From IMG/VR virus record IMGVR_UViG_3300031772_000009, positions 1-64,000 of that record: a stretch of 64,000 nt of DNA; one strand, given 5' to 3'. Of this stretch, positions 40,309 through 50,489 are shown one piece after another. The notes under the pieces were generated by a model. The model saw only the letters and a program-made list of their open reading frames with translations. It was not told the origin of the DNA and made no database searches. The position numbers and the translations under genes were made by a program. The stretch's first letter is position 1. Every line of letters begins with the position of its first letter. Source of the DNA: a virus.

Positions 40309-40737
40309 ATGACAACAGAACAACGAAAAGAACAAATGAGAAAATATAATCGAGTATATCATCAAGAACATAAAGAACAACTTAAAGAATACCGTAAACA
40401 ATGGTATAAAAACCATCCAGAATACTTTAGAGAATATAACAAGAAATGGCATAAAGAACATCCAGAACAATCTAAAGAATCTAAAAGAAAATATATTCGT
40501 AAACTTCACGATAGAGTTATTGATTTTCTTGGTGGAAAGTGTGTAAGTTGTGGAATAACCGATAAACGAGTATTACAAGTAAACCATATCAATAATGATG
40601 GAACAGAGGAAATCAAAAAGATTGGTACAAGACCATTTTATTTTGCTATTCTCCAGAATAAAAGACCGATTAATGATTTAGATGTTAGATGTGCCAATTG
40701 TAATATTCTCTATAGATGGAAAGATAAGAAAAGATAA
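40309..40737 (+). CDS. HNH homing endonuclease
   Basis: LGGKCVSCG..LQVNH..CANCN. Confidence 0.85.
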   Translation: MTTEQRKEQMRKYNRVYHQEHKEQLKEYRKQWYKNHPEYFREYNKKWHKEHPEQSKESKRKYIRKLHDRVIDFLGGKCVSCGITDKRVLQVNHINNDGTEEIKKIGTRPFYFAILQNKRPINDLDVRCANCNILYRWKDKKR

Positions 40738-40744
40738 TTAAGGA

Positions 40745-41059
40745 ATGATAAAAATGAGTAAGGATAAGGAGATATTCGGTTTAACCATAGCGTCTTTTCA
40801 ATGTAATGCATTACAATATGATGAGAAAACCAGAACAATTCGTTTGCCTAACTTGTCATGGGTTAAACGTAAATTTGGATATTTACCAAAAGAAAGTGAA
40901 CTTGCGGGTATAAAACATCTTTGTCAATCTTTCACGCATGAATTCCTACATTTTTGGCTACATGAAAACATAGGTTATGGAGCCATGTATGAATGGGATA
41001 ATATAGACAAAAACAGAGAAAACACGGAATATTTAATATCCTCTATAGGAAGTCTCTAA
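40745..41059 (+). CDS. small HExxH protein
   Basis: THEFLHFW..IG...WD. Confidence 0.65.
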   Translation: MIKMSKDKEIFGLTIASFQCNALQYDEKTRTIRLPNLSWVKRKFGYLPKESELAGIKHLCQSFTHEFLHFWLHENIGYGAMYEWDNIDKNRENTEYLISSIGSL

Positions 41060-41393
41060 ATGAGTAATTTCATAGATTCATGGTATATCGTAAAACGAAT
41101 ACAAGATAGAGGCAAAATCTTCAATGTGTTTCACAGAAGATTCTTTCACAGATTAATCTGTCCATATCTGGAAATCACACTGTATAGGTTGTGGAAAAAT
41201 GGCTCTAAAGTGTTGTGACAAATGCGGAAAACAAGTTTCTACGGATAAAATACGTCTGTATCGGAATATAGAAGGGAAAAGAATGTCCATATCGTGGATT
41301 TGCGAAAGTTGCTGGAGAAAAGAAGAAAAGAATCGGAAAAACACCATAAAACTTTAAATAGGTCGAAATGGTGAATAGGGTAAGGTCGAAAAA

Positions 41394-41642
41394 ATGTCAA
41401 GAATCTTTAAAGTGAATGAAAACATAGAAATTGTCTGTGACTCTGTAGGCACAAGATACGGTTTTAGGCATGATGCAAGACTGTTCGTTAACGGATATGA
41501 GAAAGAAAAAGCGAAATGTTGTTACTATAATCGGACATGGGAAAGATTTGCATTTGAATCTGTCGTACTAAAACTGTTAGAACAAACAGAGCTTTTGACT
41601 GAATCTGAAAAAGAACAGTTTAAATCTACTCTTAGAGGTTGA
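41394..41642 (+). CDS. conserved viral hypothetical protein
   Basis: TRYGFRH.A..YYNRTWE.F.FESV. Confidence 0.7.
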   Translation: MSRIFKVNENIEIVCDSVGTRYGFRHDARLFVNGYEKEKAKCCYYNRTWERFAFESVVLKLLEQTELLTESEKEQFKSTLRG

Positions 41643-42025
41643 AAAACATGAAGATACAAGAACTGAAAGAAAAACTGAAGTCTGAAATAAAACCGTCTGA
41701 TTCATGGTTACAGAATCAATTTCCAGCTAATCCAAACGAAAGATATTCGAAACTAACATATAACAACTTCCAGAACATAGAAGACTGTTTCGGTAAAGAA
41801 GCAAGTAATGAACTAAAAGCTTTTCTTGCTAAAAATCCTACGAAAGCGGTAGTTGTGGCTGAACTCACAAAGAAGGGAAATGTAAAAAAGAGACCGAGAC
41901 TATTTACAGATTTGGGTTCTGGTTATTGTCATTGGGCAACATACTACGGACAATATGAACTATTTGCTTGTGCTACGCATATGGAAGGATTCATAGAAGT
42001 TTTCCAGAACATGGGAGAGAACTAA
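41639..42025 (+). CDS. hypothetical protein
   Basis: operon. Confidence 0.6.
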   Translation: MKNMKIQELKEKLKSEIKPSDSWLQNQFPANPNERYSKLTYNNFQNIEDCFGKEASNELKAFLAKNPTKAVVVAELTKKGNVKKRPRLFTDLGSGYCHWATYYGQYELFACATHMEGFIEVFQNMGEN

Positions 42026-42026
42026 A

Positions 42027-42245
42027 ATGTCTGTAAAAAATGACATAGTTGAAAAGATAATGCGGTATGAAGATGGAAGAATGTCGAAAGAAGAAGTTCT
42101 GGAATTCTTTGCGGAATTAATAAAAGACGGAACATGTTGGCATTTACAGGGGTCCTATGGTCGTACTGCAAGAGATTTCATAGAGTCTGGATTTGTTGAC
42201 TCAAACGGAAATATCTTACGTAGATATGGAGAGGAAGAGGGTTAA
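42027..42245 (+). CDS. conserved viral small protein
   Basis: YE.G...F..LI..G..W.LQG.YGRTA. Confidence 0.7.
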   Translation: MSVKNDIVEKIMRYEDGRMSKEEVLEFFAELIKDGTCWHLQGSYGRTARDFIESGFVDSNGNILRRYGEEEG

Positions 42246-42246
42246 C

Positions 42247-42501
42247 ATGCCACCAATAAAAAACCTAATCATTGAGACATTGAAAGTAAAACTAACAGAT
42301 GCACAGATAGAGGAAATAGAAGAGTCTGTTAGACAAGATATTTTTCACAGTACGTTAGATTGGCAAACTAGAAGCCAACTGAAAAGAGGAATTAGAGAAG
42401 CTTATCAGCTTCTCAAAAAATGTGGAAGTTTTCCAGAACATAAAGAACTTTCGGAAAATACTCATGAAGACTTAAATACTAGAAAACGAGATAAGAGGTA
42501 A
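42247..42501 (+). CDS. hypothetical protein
   Basis: STLDWQTR.QL. Confidence 0.55.
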   Translation: MPPIKNLIIETLKVKLTDAQIEEIEESVRQDIFHSTLDWQTRSQLKRGIREAYQLLKKCGSFPEHKELSENTHEDLNTRKRDKR

Positions 42502-42503
42502 GG

Positions 42504-43463
42504 TTGAAAAACATGCGAATAAGCAATATTAAACCACAAGATAAGACCGCTCATTTAGAACAAGAAATTGAGAGAGTTTTCCGAGACGTAATGAATGTCC
42601 AAATAAGTCGCATTGGTTCACAGCTTAGTCTCCAATTCAGACTTTTAGAACTTAAGCCAAACAGAAGTCAATACGACTTATCAGAGAATTGGTATGTCGT
42701 TGAAAGAAGAGGGATATTCTATCCAAACAGTACACAGAAAAGACTAATCGCTAAGAATATTGCTCTAGGATGTGAAAATCCAATTAATAGAGCTAAGTTT
42801 CTGCAAGAAGAGGATTGGATTCTGGTAAACAAGACTCTGAATCGGATTTGTGACAAACTAGGAATATCTGCAACTATAAGAAGTTCTCTAATCAAAATCC
42901 GAGACGGAAAACAGAACGTGTGGCTCTCAAACTATCTGGAGTTGCTGAAAGACATAGTAGAAGTGAAAGGTGAAGACTACACCTACAGTAAAGCACTTAG
43001 GAAGACTATAGACGAATCTAAGATAGAAGACAAATACAAATTTGAAAGCGTCTTCTTGACTGAACCGTTTGAGGTTGACGAAAACACACGGATAACACAG
43101 AAGATATTCACAGACTATGACGAATTGGATGCTTTAGCGAAAACTCATGGTTACATTGATAAAGGCAATACATCCGAATATTGTGGATGGATAGCCACTA
43201 TGGGAGACGAATTCCATAATCCGATAAGTATGCTTAGAGAGGCTATGCAGAAACTTAGAGACACACAAAAGAAACATGGAGACGCAATAATGGGTTTCTG
43301 TCAAACGGGAAACTTCAGCATTGGCTATACGGTCTACACTAAGACACAAAAATCCGAAATTGAACTTACGACAAAACGTGTGCAAAGAGCTTATGAACTA
43401 GAAAAAGCTGGAGAAAAAGAGGAATTCCATTATCGTAATTCTCAGCCAGAAGTGGAGAAATAA
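42504..43463 (+). CDS. hypothetical protein
   Basis: 319 aa ORF after promoter 42462. Confidence 0.7.
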   Translation: MKNMRISNIKPQDKTAHLEQEIERVFRDVMNVQISRIGSQLSLQFRLLELKPNRSQYDLSENWYVVERRGIFYPNSTQKRLIAKNIALGCENPINRAKFLQEEDWILVNKTLNRICDKLGISATIRSSLIKIRDGKQNVWLSNYLELLKDIVEVKGEDYTYSKALRKTIDESKIEDKYKFESVFLTEPFEVDENTRITQKIFTDYDELDALAKTHGYIDKGNTSEYCGWIATMGDEFHNPISMLREAMQKLRDTQKKHGDAIMGFCQTGNFSIGYTVYTKTQKSEIELTTKRVQRAYELEKAGEKEEFHYRNSQPEVEK

Positions 43464-43465
43464 AC

Positions 43466-43681
43466 ATGCATCATACTATAGATAGAATAAGCGGAAAACC
43501 AGAAGACTATGTTATCTGTCAAGTATGCGGTTCATGGAATTGGTATGAAAACGAAAATTGTGTAAACTGTGATGTTCATTTAGATGGGAAATGTAGAAAA
43601 GCTACAGAGGAAGACGCTAAAAAGCTTGAGAGAACCTTTGACAAATATGATGTGAATGAAAGTATCGAATTGGATGTGTGA
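43466..43681 (+). CDS. zinc-finger protein
   Basis: CQVCG.WNWYEN..C..C. Confidence 0.65.
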   Translation: MHHTIDRISGKPEDYVICQVCGSWNWYENENCVNCDVHLDGKCRKATEEDAKKLERTFDKYDVNESIELDV

Positions 43682-44211
43682 ATATGCAGAAAGAACCTAG
43701 TAAGCTGGAATGCTTAGAAGCATATATAGAATACAACAAAAACAACTATTCAGCCTACACTAAAGTAGAAACAGCCAAGATTCTGATTGAGAGAGAACGG
43801 ATAGCCATAAGAAAAGAAACAATGCTTAGACCTTCACATGAAGTTGTCTTAGAGGTTCACTTACCAGAAAAGGTTGACACTCCTAGAAAACTTAGAAATT
43901 ATTTCCTAAAGCATTTCGGAATAGACATAGGAATAGAGGAAGACAATGAAGACAGTTACGAGAAACTGTTTTACAATGCAGACTTAAGAAGCTGGATGGG
44001 AGACGTTTGGGATTTATACGAGAATCCAATACGGATATGCTTCTTACCGAAATACTTCCTAGACTACAGAGACTATAAGGAATTTGAGGAAATAGACCTT
44101 AGTGGAAGCTACAGTAAAACATGGAGACAGATAGTTAGACAGAGTGACATACTAGACACGACTTCCGAGAAAATAGTGAGTGAGGCTCTAGGAAAACCAA
44201 TTAGGAAGTGA
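43678..44211 (+). CDS. hypothetical protein
   Basis: GTGA coupling. Confidence 0.6.
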   Translation: MNMQKEPSKLECLEAYIEYNKNNYSAYTKVETAKILIERERIAIRKETMLRPSHEVVLEVHLPEKVDTPRKLRNYFLKHFGIDIGIEEDNEDSYEKLFYNADLRSWMGDVWDLYENPIRICFLPKYFLDYRDYKEFEEIDLSGSYSKTWRQIVRQSDILDTTSEKIVSEALGKPIRK

Positions 44212-44405
44212 TTGAAATGGCAAAAAACATGACTGATAAAGACCTTAAGAAACGGTATTTAGACCTTTACAGCCAAATCTATCAAGTCAAATGCTTTAGT
44301 GCAAAAGACGTTACAGAACTAAACGACATTGAAACCGAATTGATAGAAAGAGGTTACGACATAACTGAAAACACAAAAATCGTGAAATGGAAAAACAATA
44401 AATAG
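44208..44405 (+). CDS. hypothetical protein
   Basis: operon. Confidence 0.55.
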   Translation: MIEMAKNMTDKDLKKRYLDLYSQIYQVKCFSAKDVTELNDIETELIERGYDITENTKIVKWKNNK

Positions 44406-44416
44406 GAGATGAGAAA

Positions 44417-44650
44417 ATGGTAACTCTGATTAGGAGATATTCGACAAAGGACGGACACTTACTTAAGAGACCAACAAAAACGTCTCTGTTCCGCTTTTTA
44501 CACGACAACCAGATAGCTGATTCGCCTAGACTGAAGACACCAAAAACAAAAGACGAAAATTTTCCATGTGACGAATGCACAGAACCTTTACCGTGTGACG
44601 CTGAAAACTTAGAACAATGCAAAAAGAAAAGAGGCGTAGAAGAGGAATAA
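44417..44650 (+). CDS. hypothetical protein
   Basis: SD, Cys cluster. Confidence 0.55.
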   Translation: MVTLIRRYSTKDGHLLKRPTKTSLFRFLHDNQIADSPRLKTPKTKDENFPCDECTEPLPCDAENLEQCKKKRGVEEE

Positions 44651-44652
44651 AA

Positions 44653-44832
44653 ATGAAGTGTAGAGCTTGTGGAGTAAGAATTATCATTTTTTCAGATGGT
44701 TGGACTCCACATGTGTTAGAGATTCCTAGTTATGGTTATACTGAATATCACAGATGTAAAGCTCTAGGCATTAATGCGAAAATGCTTCCCAAATCAGTCT
44801 GCAAACAATTCGGAATAGAACCAGAGGAATAG
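44653..44832 (+). CDS. small zinc-binding protein
   Basis: MKCRACG...HRC. Confidence 0.5.
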   Translation: MKCRACGVRIIIFSDGWTPHVLEIPSYGYTEYHRCKALGINAKMLPKSVCKQFGIEPEE

Positions 44833-44836
44833 AAAC

Positions 44837-45037
44837 ATGAGCATGAAAATAGAACATGATAGAAATGGTGACTACTCAATCAAACTTGCTGGAATGCGAA
44901 AACGGTTTACAGCTAAAACCACTGAAGAATTAACGCTTGCCATAGAACATTATTTTGGCAAAACTGCACATTTCACTAGAGAAAACAATTGGAAGGGTTT
45001 AACAGACTGTCCACTATGCAGAAAATATGAGGAATAG
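44837..45037 (+). CDS. hypothetical protein
   Basis: HYF..H..CPLC. Confidence 0.55.
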   Translation: MSMKIEHDRNGDYSIKLAGMRKRFTAKTTEELTLAIEHYFGKTAHFTRENNWKGLTDCPLCRKYEE

Positions 45038-45323
45038 AAAAATGGAAGATTTGTTACCAAATCAAGAAGAAAAATGTCCTAGATGTCATGGAGTTAGTTA
45101 TTGGTTTGCAACTTCAGAAACCGATGAGCCTATTTATTTCTGTAATCGCTGTAAACGTCAATTTAAGATTGATAGAAAACAACAAATGAGGCTGAGTAAA
45201 TGAAAGCTGAAAAAATGAAAATGAAGACTGAAACATTGAAATATGGAACGTGTCAACATTGTAACCGTCTAGTCGAATCAACAAGAAATGCCATAATTGT
45301 ATGTCTCCAAGAAGGTGATAGAA

Positions 45324-45572
45324 ATGAAGTTTAAAAACTTGATGGGGATATTCGGGTTACTGTTTGCTCTATGGGGTTTCTTGTGGATAGTCTTAATGCC
45401 TAATTACACATATTCTTTCGTTGAATATACCACGCTTAGAGATGAGACCGTAACAACAATCGTAAGAAGTCTCAACATGCCATACGCTTTTGCATTGATA
45501 GTCATTGGCGTTCTTTTCGCCATTGTTGGGCTGTTCATTCCAGAAAACATTGTAATAGCCTCAGAAGACTAA
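45324..45572 (+). CDS. 2-TM membrane protein
   Basis: GGTGA SD; two TM helices; resembles 48814 ORF. Confidence 0.65.
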   Translation: MKFKNLMGIFGLLFALWGFLWIVLMPNYTYSFVEYTTLRDETVTTIVRSLNMPYAFALIVIGVLFAIVGLFIPENIVIASED

Positions 45573-45639
45573 TCTTCCTCTTTTTCTTTTCGTAATTTCT
45601 CCATAAAAGCTTATATACTTGATTGTGTACTGTATTATT

Positions 45640-45775
45640 GCACACAAGTTAGAGAAAGGCTGTACCAGAAAGAAGGACTGTACCAGAAAACCTTTCTCCC
45701 ATAGCATAAAACTCTATTGTGTGTGAGTGGCTATGGACTAAAGATTCGGTTTGGGGAGACCGTTAATACTCCCCT
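45640..45775 (+). ncRNA. putative structured ncRNA with internal direct repeat
   Basis: promoter 45601; stems gcacacaa/ttgtgtgt, gagaaagg/cctttctc, ccatagc/gctatgg; ctgtaccagaaa x2. Confidence 0.5.
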
Positions 45776-46342
45776 CTCTTTCTCATATTGACCTAATTCT
45801 TTCTCATGTCGTTCCCTATATCTTTTATTCGCTTGTTTTCTTCTTTCTTTGAAATTTCCTTCATAGATTGTTTTTCTCTCGTAAATTCCTTTCGGCATTG
45901 TGTTTACACCATAAAGACTTATATAGGAGTATGCTATAGTATTCTATTAAGAGTACGTCTGGATAGGAACGTAAGCCGAATCCAGCAAAGACACCACTAC
46001 CATACTAAGAAGCCAAACAATAGGCAAACAGCGACAATTAATAATTTAAAAGGATATTTGATATTTGCAGAGAAAGAGGGGAAAGATGCTCTCAATGTCA
46101 TGCATATCTCTAAATAAGTCTCCCACCTAGAAAGAGCAACATTACTTTTTATAAGGCTCAAAAAAAACTAACTTTCCTCTAGGATTACCCTTATCAAAGT
46201 TTCTGGAATCCTTACTAAACTCTGAAAAAAATGTTAAGAAAATCAACTAAAAACATAATGGAAAAACCGTTTCATAAAATTGAAATACTTATAAGCCAAT
46301 TCAATCCTATGAAAAGCTGTTTCAGAAACCAAAATTGGAAAC

Positions 46343-46445
46343 CCAAAAAAAGTCGCCTATGTGCAACCTCTCCCCTCTCTAGTTTAACTTTCAGTTTAAC
46401 TTTGGCTGGTTAAACTGAATAGAGACATATGACAGTTTAACCGTT
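46343..46445 (-). terminator. structured 3' element (copy 2)
   Basis: aaaaagtcgcctatgtgc, cccctctct and ttcagt..actgaa hairpin shared with 39352. Confidence 0.6.
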
Positions 46446-46462
46446 GAATGTCATGATTTGGT

Positions 46463-46807
46463 TTAACTCAGATTTTCTACAATTCCATGAATTTTTATCG
46501 TTGTTCCCATTGTACTAAATTCGATTATATTATTCGGTTTTTTATTTTGGTGTTTTCGTGATGCTTTTATGAAAAGAACCTTTTTAAAGTCTGATTTTCG
46601 ATATTTGGGCTTTTTCTGGAGTCGTTCATTATGGAAGGAACATTCAACGGAAATAACCTCTTTTCGCTTAAAGTCAACGATTATGAGGTCTGGAATCGGT
46701 CTAACCTCAAATATCTGCATGTCTTCTGAATGTCCTAGTTTAAAGATTCTTTTTGTCTTTTCGATTAATTTCTGATGTTCTCTTATTTTCTTTTGGAATA
46801 TAGACAC
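46463..46807 (-). CDS. PD-(D/E)XK-like nuclease fold protein
   Basis: IPDLIIVD....ISVEC. Confidence 0.55.
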   Translation of the reverse strand: MSIFQKKIREHQKLIEKTKRIFKLGHSEDMQIFEVRPIPDLIIVDFKRKEVISVECSFHNERLQKKPKYRKSDFKKVLFIKASRKHQNKKPNNIIEFSTMGTTIKIHGIVENLS

Positions 46808-46914
46808 TTTTCTATCATCTCCCTATTTCTCGTTAAGTTTTCTAGCGTAGACCTAGACAGCAACAGAGACCGAAAGCCTAGTTTCTAGGTCTTCCATATT
46901 CAGAAACAATGATA

Positions 46915-47182
46915 GAAACATGACTACTTAAAGGCTTATGGTCTTTTTCCGAAAGCCTTTTCCATGACTATATAAGAATCCATGACTATAGGTTTAACTC
47001 TCTCTTGCCCGCCAAATTCTCCATGATTATTTAAAGCATAGAGAATTTTAGGTTTAACTTTAGATAATAATGAAAAATGTAACATATCATGTTTACCATG
47101 CTTTTAACATTCACGACATGATATGTATGCTTAAGTAGTGGTTTTCCCATGTACCCATAAGGAAAAAAAAACTACCATGACA
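46915..47182. promoter_or_regulatory. divergent control region with clustered CCATGA motifs
   Basis: about 8 (c)catga(c)ta-like motifs; taggtttaact x2. Confidence 0.55.
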
Positions 47183-47259
47183 ACGAGAAAAGAAAAGAAT
47201 GCGATAACGCTTAACCGTCTCTTGTGCGGTTTAAGGTTATGAATGCGGTCTTTTCTTGT

Positions 47260-47284
47260 TAGAGCTTTCGGAAATGCCTTAACA
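47260..47284 (+). repeat. left arm of 25-bp long-range inverted repeat
   Basis: tagagctttcggaaatgccttaaca pairs with 53295-53319. Confidence 0.85.
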
Positions 47285-47385
47285 AAAGCATACACAGATA
47301 AGACATAAGTTTCAATCCTTTTTTTGTTTGATAGAGTTAGAGCAGAAACTCTAACTCCAAATTAATAAAAAAGAAGGTATGAAAA

Positions 47386-47739
47386 ATGAAGGTGTTATTT
47401 GGTAACTCAGCTAATAGAAAAGAAGACTATTCAGCTATAGAGATAAGAGACTGTGAAGCATACGGAAAATTTGAACCGTTAACACAGTCAATCATTCTTA
47501 ATTTGCCAAAAGATATGATAGAGAATGAGACCGTAAAAGCCTATAGTAACGAAAGAAAAACTTTAGAGTTTTACGACATGTTAACCTTAACGCTAGAGCT
47601 ATTAGACCATGAGACGCTACATAAGATAATAGCTGATATAGAAGGAATTTTAACCTCAGCAAAATTGGATAACACAAACATAGAAGAACTAGAAGATAAC
47701 CTCTTTAATAATGAACCCTTAAGAGGTAATGAAGAATGA
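47386..47739 (+). CDS. small HExxH protein
   Basis: LDHETLH..IEG..S..LDN. Confidence 0.7.
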   Translation: MKVLFGNSANRKEDYSAIEIRDCEAYGKFEPLTQSIILNLPKDMIENETVKAYSNERKTLEFYDMLTLTLELLDHETLHKIIADIEGILTSAKLDNTNIEELEDNLFNNEPLRGNEE

Positions 47740-47981
47740 ACAATGAGAATCTTAAAGCCTATTACGAATTACAAGAACGTCTTAAGCAATACGAAAAAGA
47801 AGACAGAGAAAAGAAAAGGCTAAAGGCAAAAACCTTAAGGCTATTGCGAAAGAAACGAAAGCTGGAGAGACAGCTAAAAGCAACAGAAAAGGAATATGTA
47901 GACTTGCTTTATAACGATAAGGTCTTTTCCTATTTCGAAAGACGTAGATTCTTAGAGAAACATAATAAAGAAGGTGATTGA
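47736..47981 (+). CDS. coiled-coil hypothetical protein
   Basis: ATGA coupling. Confidence 0.6.
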   Translation: MNNENLKAYYELQERLKQYEKEDREKKRLKAKTLRLLRKKRKLERQLKATEKEYVDLLYNDKVFSYFERRRFLEKHNKEGD

Positions 47982-48342
47982 ATGCCAACATGTGAAATAT
48001 GCGGAAAAGAAACAAGTAGCGTTAAGCTCTCCAGAATTAGCCTAACGACTTATGGCAATACCTCACAAGTCGAAAGGTTAATGTGTAAGTCATGCAGAGA
48101 CCTAGAGAAAAAGGGTTTACTCTAAAGAGGTTTTGAGAATGTCGAAATATGACTTAGAAAAGCCTAAACGCTACAGAGTAAAAGCGAAACATGGAATAAA
48201 CACAGAAAAGAGTAACTCAGTAAACTTAAGCCATATGAAACTAAAAGAAATATACGCTCTGTTTCACTATAAAAATCTTGTCCGTTCTACAGTGAAATAA
48301 AACGGAAAAGACTTTTAACTGTCAAACATATAATAGTCTATC

Positions 48343-48729
48343 ATGTTTGACAGAAAAACCTATCAGAGAAAATGGAGACAAGAACATCCAAAACAAAAGA
48401 GAGAATATGATAGAAAATACCGTGAAAGACATATAGGACTATATCAAAAACATAAAGAGAAAATCAAATTCGAAAGGCAAAATATGAGACGTAAAGTTTT
48501 TGAACATTTAGGAAATAAATGTGTTTCTTGTGGTGAATCTGATTTTAGATGTCTACAGATAGACCACGTTCACGGACACGGAGTTAAAGAGATTAGAAAA
48601 CTATGCGGAAACAGTAAAGCCTATTACGACAAAATTCTTAACGATACTAACGGAAACTATCAATTGCTCTGTGCAAATTGTAATTGGAAAAAACGATACG
48701 ATAATAAGGAATATTCGAAATATCCTTAA
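48343..48729 (+). CDS. HNH homing endonuclease (close paralog of 26339)
   Basis: LGNKCVSCG..LQIDHVHGHG..YQLLCANCNW. Confidence 0.88.
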   Translation: MFDRKTYQRKWRQEHPKQKREYDRKYRERHIGLYQKHKEKIKFERQNMRRKVFEHLGNKCVSCGESDFRCLQIDHVHGHGVKEIRKLCGNSKAYYDKILNDTNGNYQLLCANCNWKKRYDNKEYSKYP

Positions 48730-48813
48730 AAATCTACAATTCTAATTTTTCTTAGAATTGAACAAGTTTTATTCTTCTTAGAACGGAAAAAGTAAAAAAA
48801 GAAGTGTTGAAAA

Positions 48814-49050
48814 ATGAACAGAAAAATAATAGTGTTGGGTTTAACAATATGCGTTATTGGCATTCTGCTTTATAACGCATATGAAACCATAACGATAAGG
48901 CGGAGAGGTGGAAATAATCCAGATGGAACAACTTACCATTATTCAACATATGAGACAGTATATCCATATCGTTACAATAGCTTAATAGTTGTTCTTTTGG
49001 GTATTGTAACTTTCCTTATCGGTTTGGCAATTCCTAAAAGGAAAGTGTGA
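48814..49050 (+). CDS. 2-TM membrane protein
   Basis: two TM helices. Confidence 0.65.
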   Translation: MNRKIIVLGLTICVIGILLYNAYETITIRRRGGNNPDGTTYHYSTYETVYPYRYNSLIVVLLGIVTFLIGLAIPKRKV

Positions 49051-49148
49051 AAAATGGATAATCAAGATTTAGGTAAACTGTACCTAATAGCCTTACTGAA
49101 ACGTGAAGGAAAAACAGAAATAGAAATAAGCAAAATCTTAAAGGATGT

Positions 49149-49451
49149 GTGAATATGGAAGATAAAGACCTTAGACAAGAACATGAAGCTTATCTTAAAG
49201 TTATGGAAGGATACAGAAATTTTGACAAGACCGTTAAATGTTTACACAGAAAAGCTAAGACTCAAACAGCGTTTAAACAGCTAGAAGACAGTAACTTAGA
49301 AATAGCTGAAGTGATGTGCTTAGAGTGTCAACAGTTTATAGGTTTTGTCTACAGAAAAATAAAGACTGTACGACAAGAAAAGATAATTGCTAAGTTTCTA
49401 GTTTACGCTGTAGACAAGAACGAATATACAACAGAAAAACGGAGAGTCTAA
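49149..49451 (+). CDS. hypothetical protein
   Basis: C.H...CxxC. Confidence 0.55.
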   Translation: MNMEDKDLRQEHEAYLKVMEGYRNFDKTVKCLHRKAKTQTAFKQLEDSNLEIAEVMCLECQQFIGFVYRKIKTVRQEKIIAKFLVYAVDKNEYTTEKRRV

Positions 49452-49454
49452 AGA

Positions 49455-50165
49455 ATGACTTACCTTAAATTCTACGGATACGAAAAAGAAAAATTCCCTA
49501 ACCAAAACAAGACGCATATACCAGATAAGAACGTTTCAAAATTCGCTCAGAAAATAGCTAAACACTTTAAAGTTTCTCTAAGAGCAGTAAGACTAAGATG
49601 TTATAGAAATAGCGGAATTGCTCATTGTGGAATATGCGAAATAGGTTTAAGCCATAATCCAACAGTCTTGTTAATCATTCATGAGATAGGACACTTATTC
49701 ACATACCAAAAACTGAATGAAGCTAAACATAACAAGAACTTAATGCTTTTCATAAAGAGAGCATGTAGATATGCAGAAAAAATGGGATATTGGAGTTTAG
49801 AAGCTTCTGAAACTGAAAAATTTGAGCGGAAAAAGCCTAAACAATTCCTAGTTTATAGTAAGTGTCCAAATTGCGGTTTTGTGAATGATTGGGTAATGCC
49901 AAAAGAACACAGAGCATTTTATAAGACTCACTATGCGGTTAATACGGTTCACGATATGACTTGTTCACAATGCAGAGTAAGAACGAAACACACGATAACA
50001 CAACAGAAACTTATCACTTTCGAAAATAGATTAGCTGAACAGCTAGAGAGACGTAGAAACTTCAGCAACTACGCTTTAATGATTATTCCAGAAACAGAAA
50101 AGGCTTTAGCTATTCCAGAAACTAAAGCAATAACGGTCTATAAAATACCTCTAGGATGTGTCTAA
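49455..50165 (+). CDS. SprT-like HExxH protein with zinc ribbon
   Basis: IIHEIGH...HN; CPNC..CSQC. Confidence 0.65.
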   Translation: MTYLKFYGYEKEKFPNQNKTHIPDKNVSKFAQKIAKHFKVSLRAVRLRCYRNSGIAHCGICEIGLSHNPTVLLIIHEIGHLFTYQKLNEAKHNKNLMLFIKRACRYAEKMGYWSLEASETEKFERKKPKQFLVYSKCPNCGFVNDWVMPKEHRAFYKTHYAVNTVHDMTCSQCRVRTKHTITQQKLITFENRLAEQLERRRNFSNYALMIIPETEKALAIPETKAITVYKIPLGCV

Positions 50166-50168
50166 AAC

Positions 50169-50489
50169 ATGGAAAATATACGGATAAGCAATAAAGATAC
50201 TGCTTTAGCTTTTGTTTCACCTTACAACAAAACCACCATATTTCTCAATATTCCAAAACATCTTTTCCTAGATTCAGAAACAATAAAAGTATATCATATG
50301 AGAGAGAAACAATGGGTAAAGAAAAAATTGATAAATGAGATTTTTTCACTATTAGAACATGAATCTTTACACATTGTCTTAGACAAAACCGTAAGTGCAG
50401 AAGCTAGCGAAAAACTAGACAATCCTATTGATAATGAAACTTTAGAAACTATACTATATCGTGAACAATGGCTAAATTATGAGGTTTAA
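50169..50489 (+). CDS. small HExxH protein
   Basis: LEHESLH...AS.KLDN. Confidence 0.7.
   Translation: MENIRISNKDTALAFVSPYNKTTIFLNIPKHLFLDSETIKVYHMREKQWVKKKLINEIFSLLEHESLHIVLDKTVSAEASEKLDNPIDNETLETILYREQWLNYEV

Noticed and set aside
45660-45690. Mini-CRISPR array from the ctgtaccagaaa repeats
   Set aside because: Only two 12-nt copies about 6 nt apart; no CRISPR or TIGR-like array or cas gene was seen in the window.
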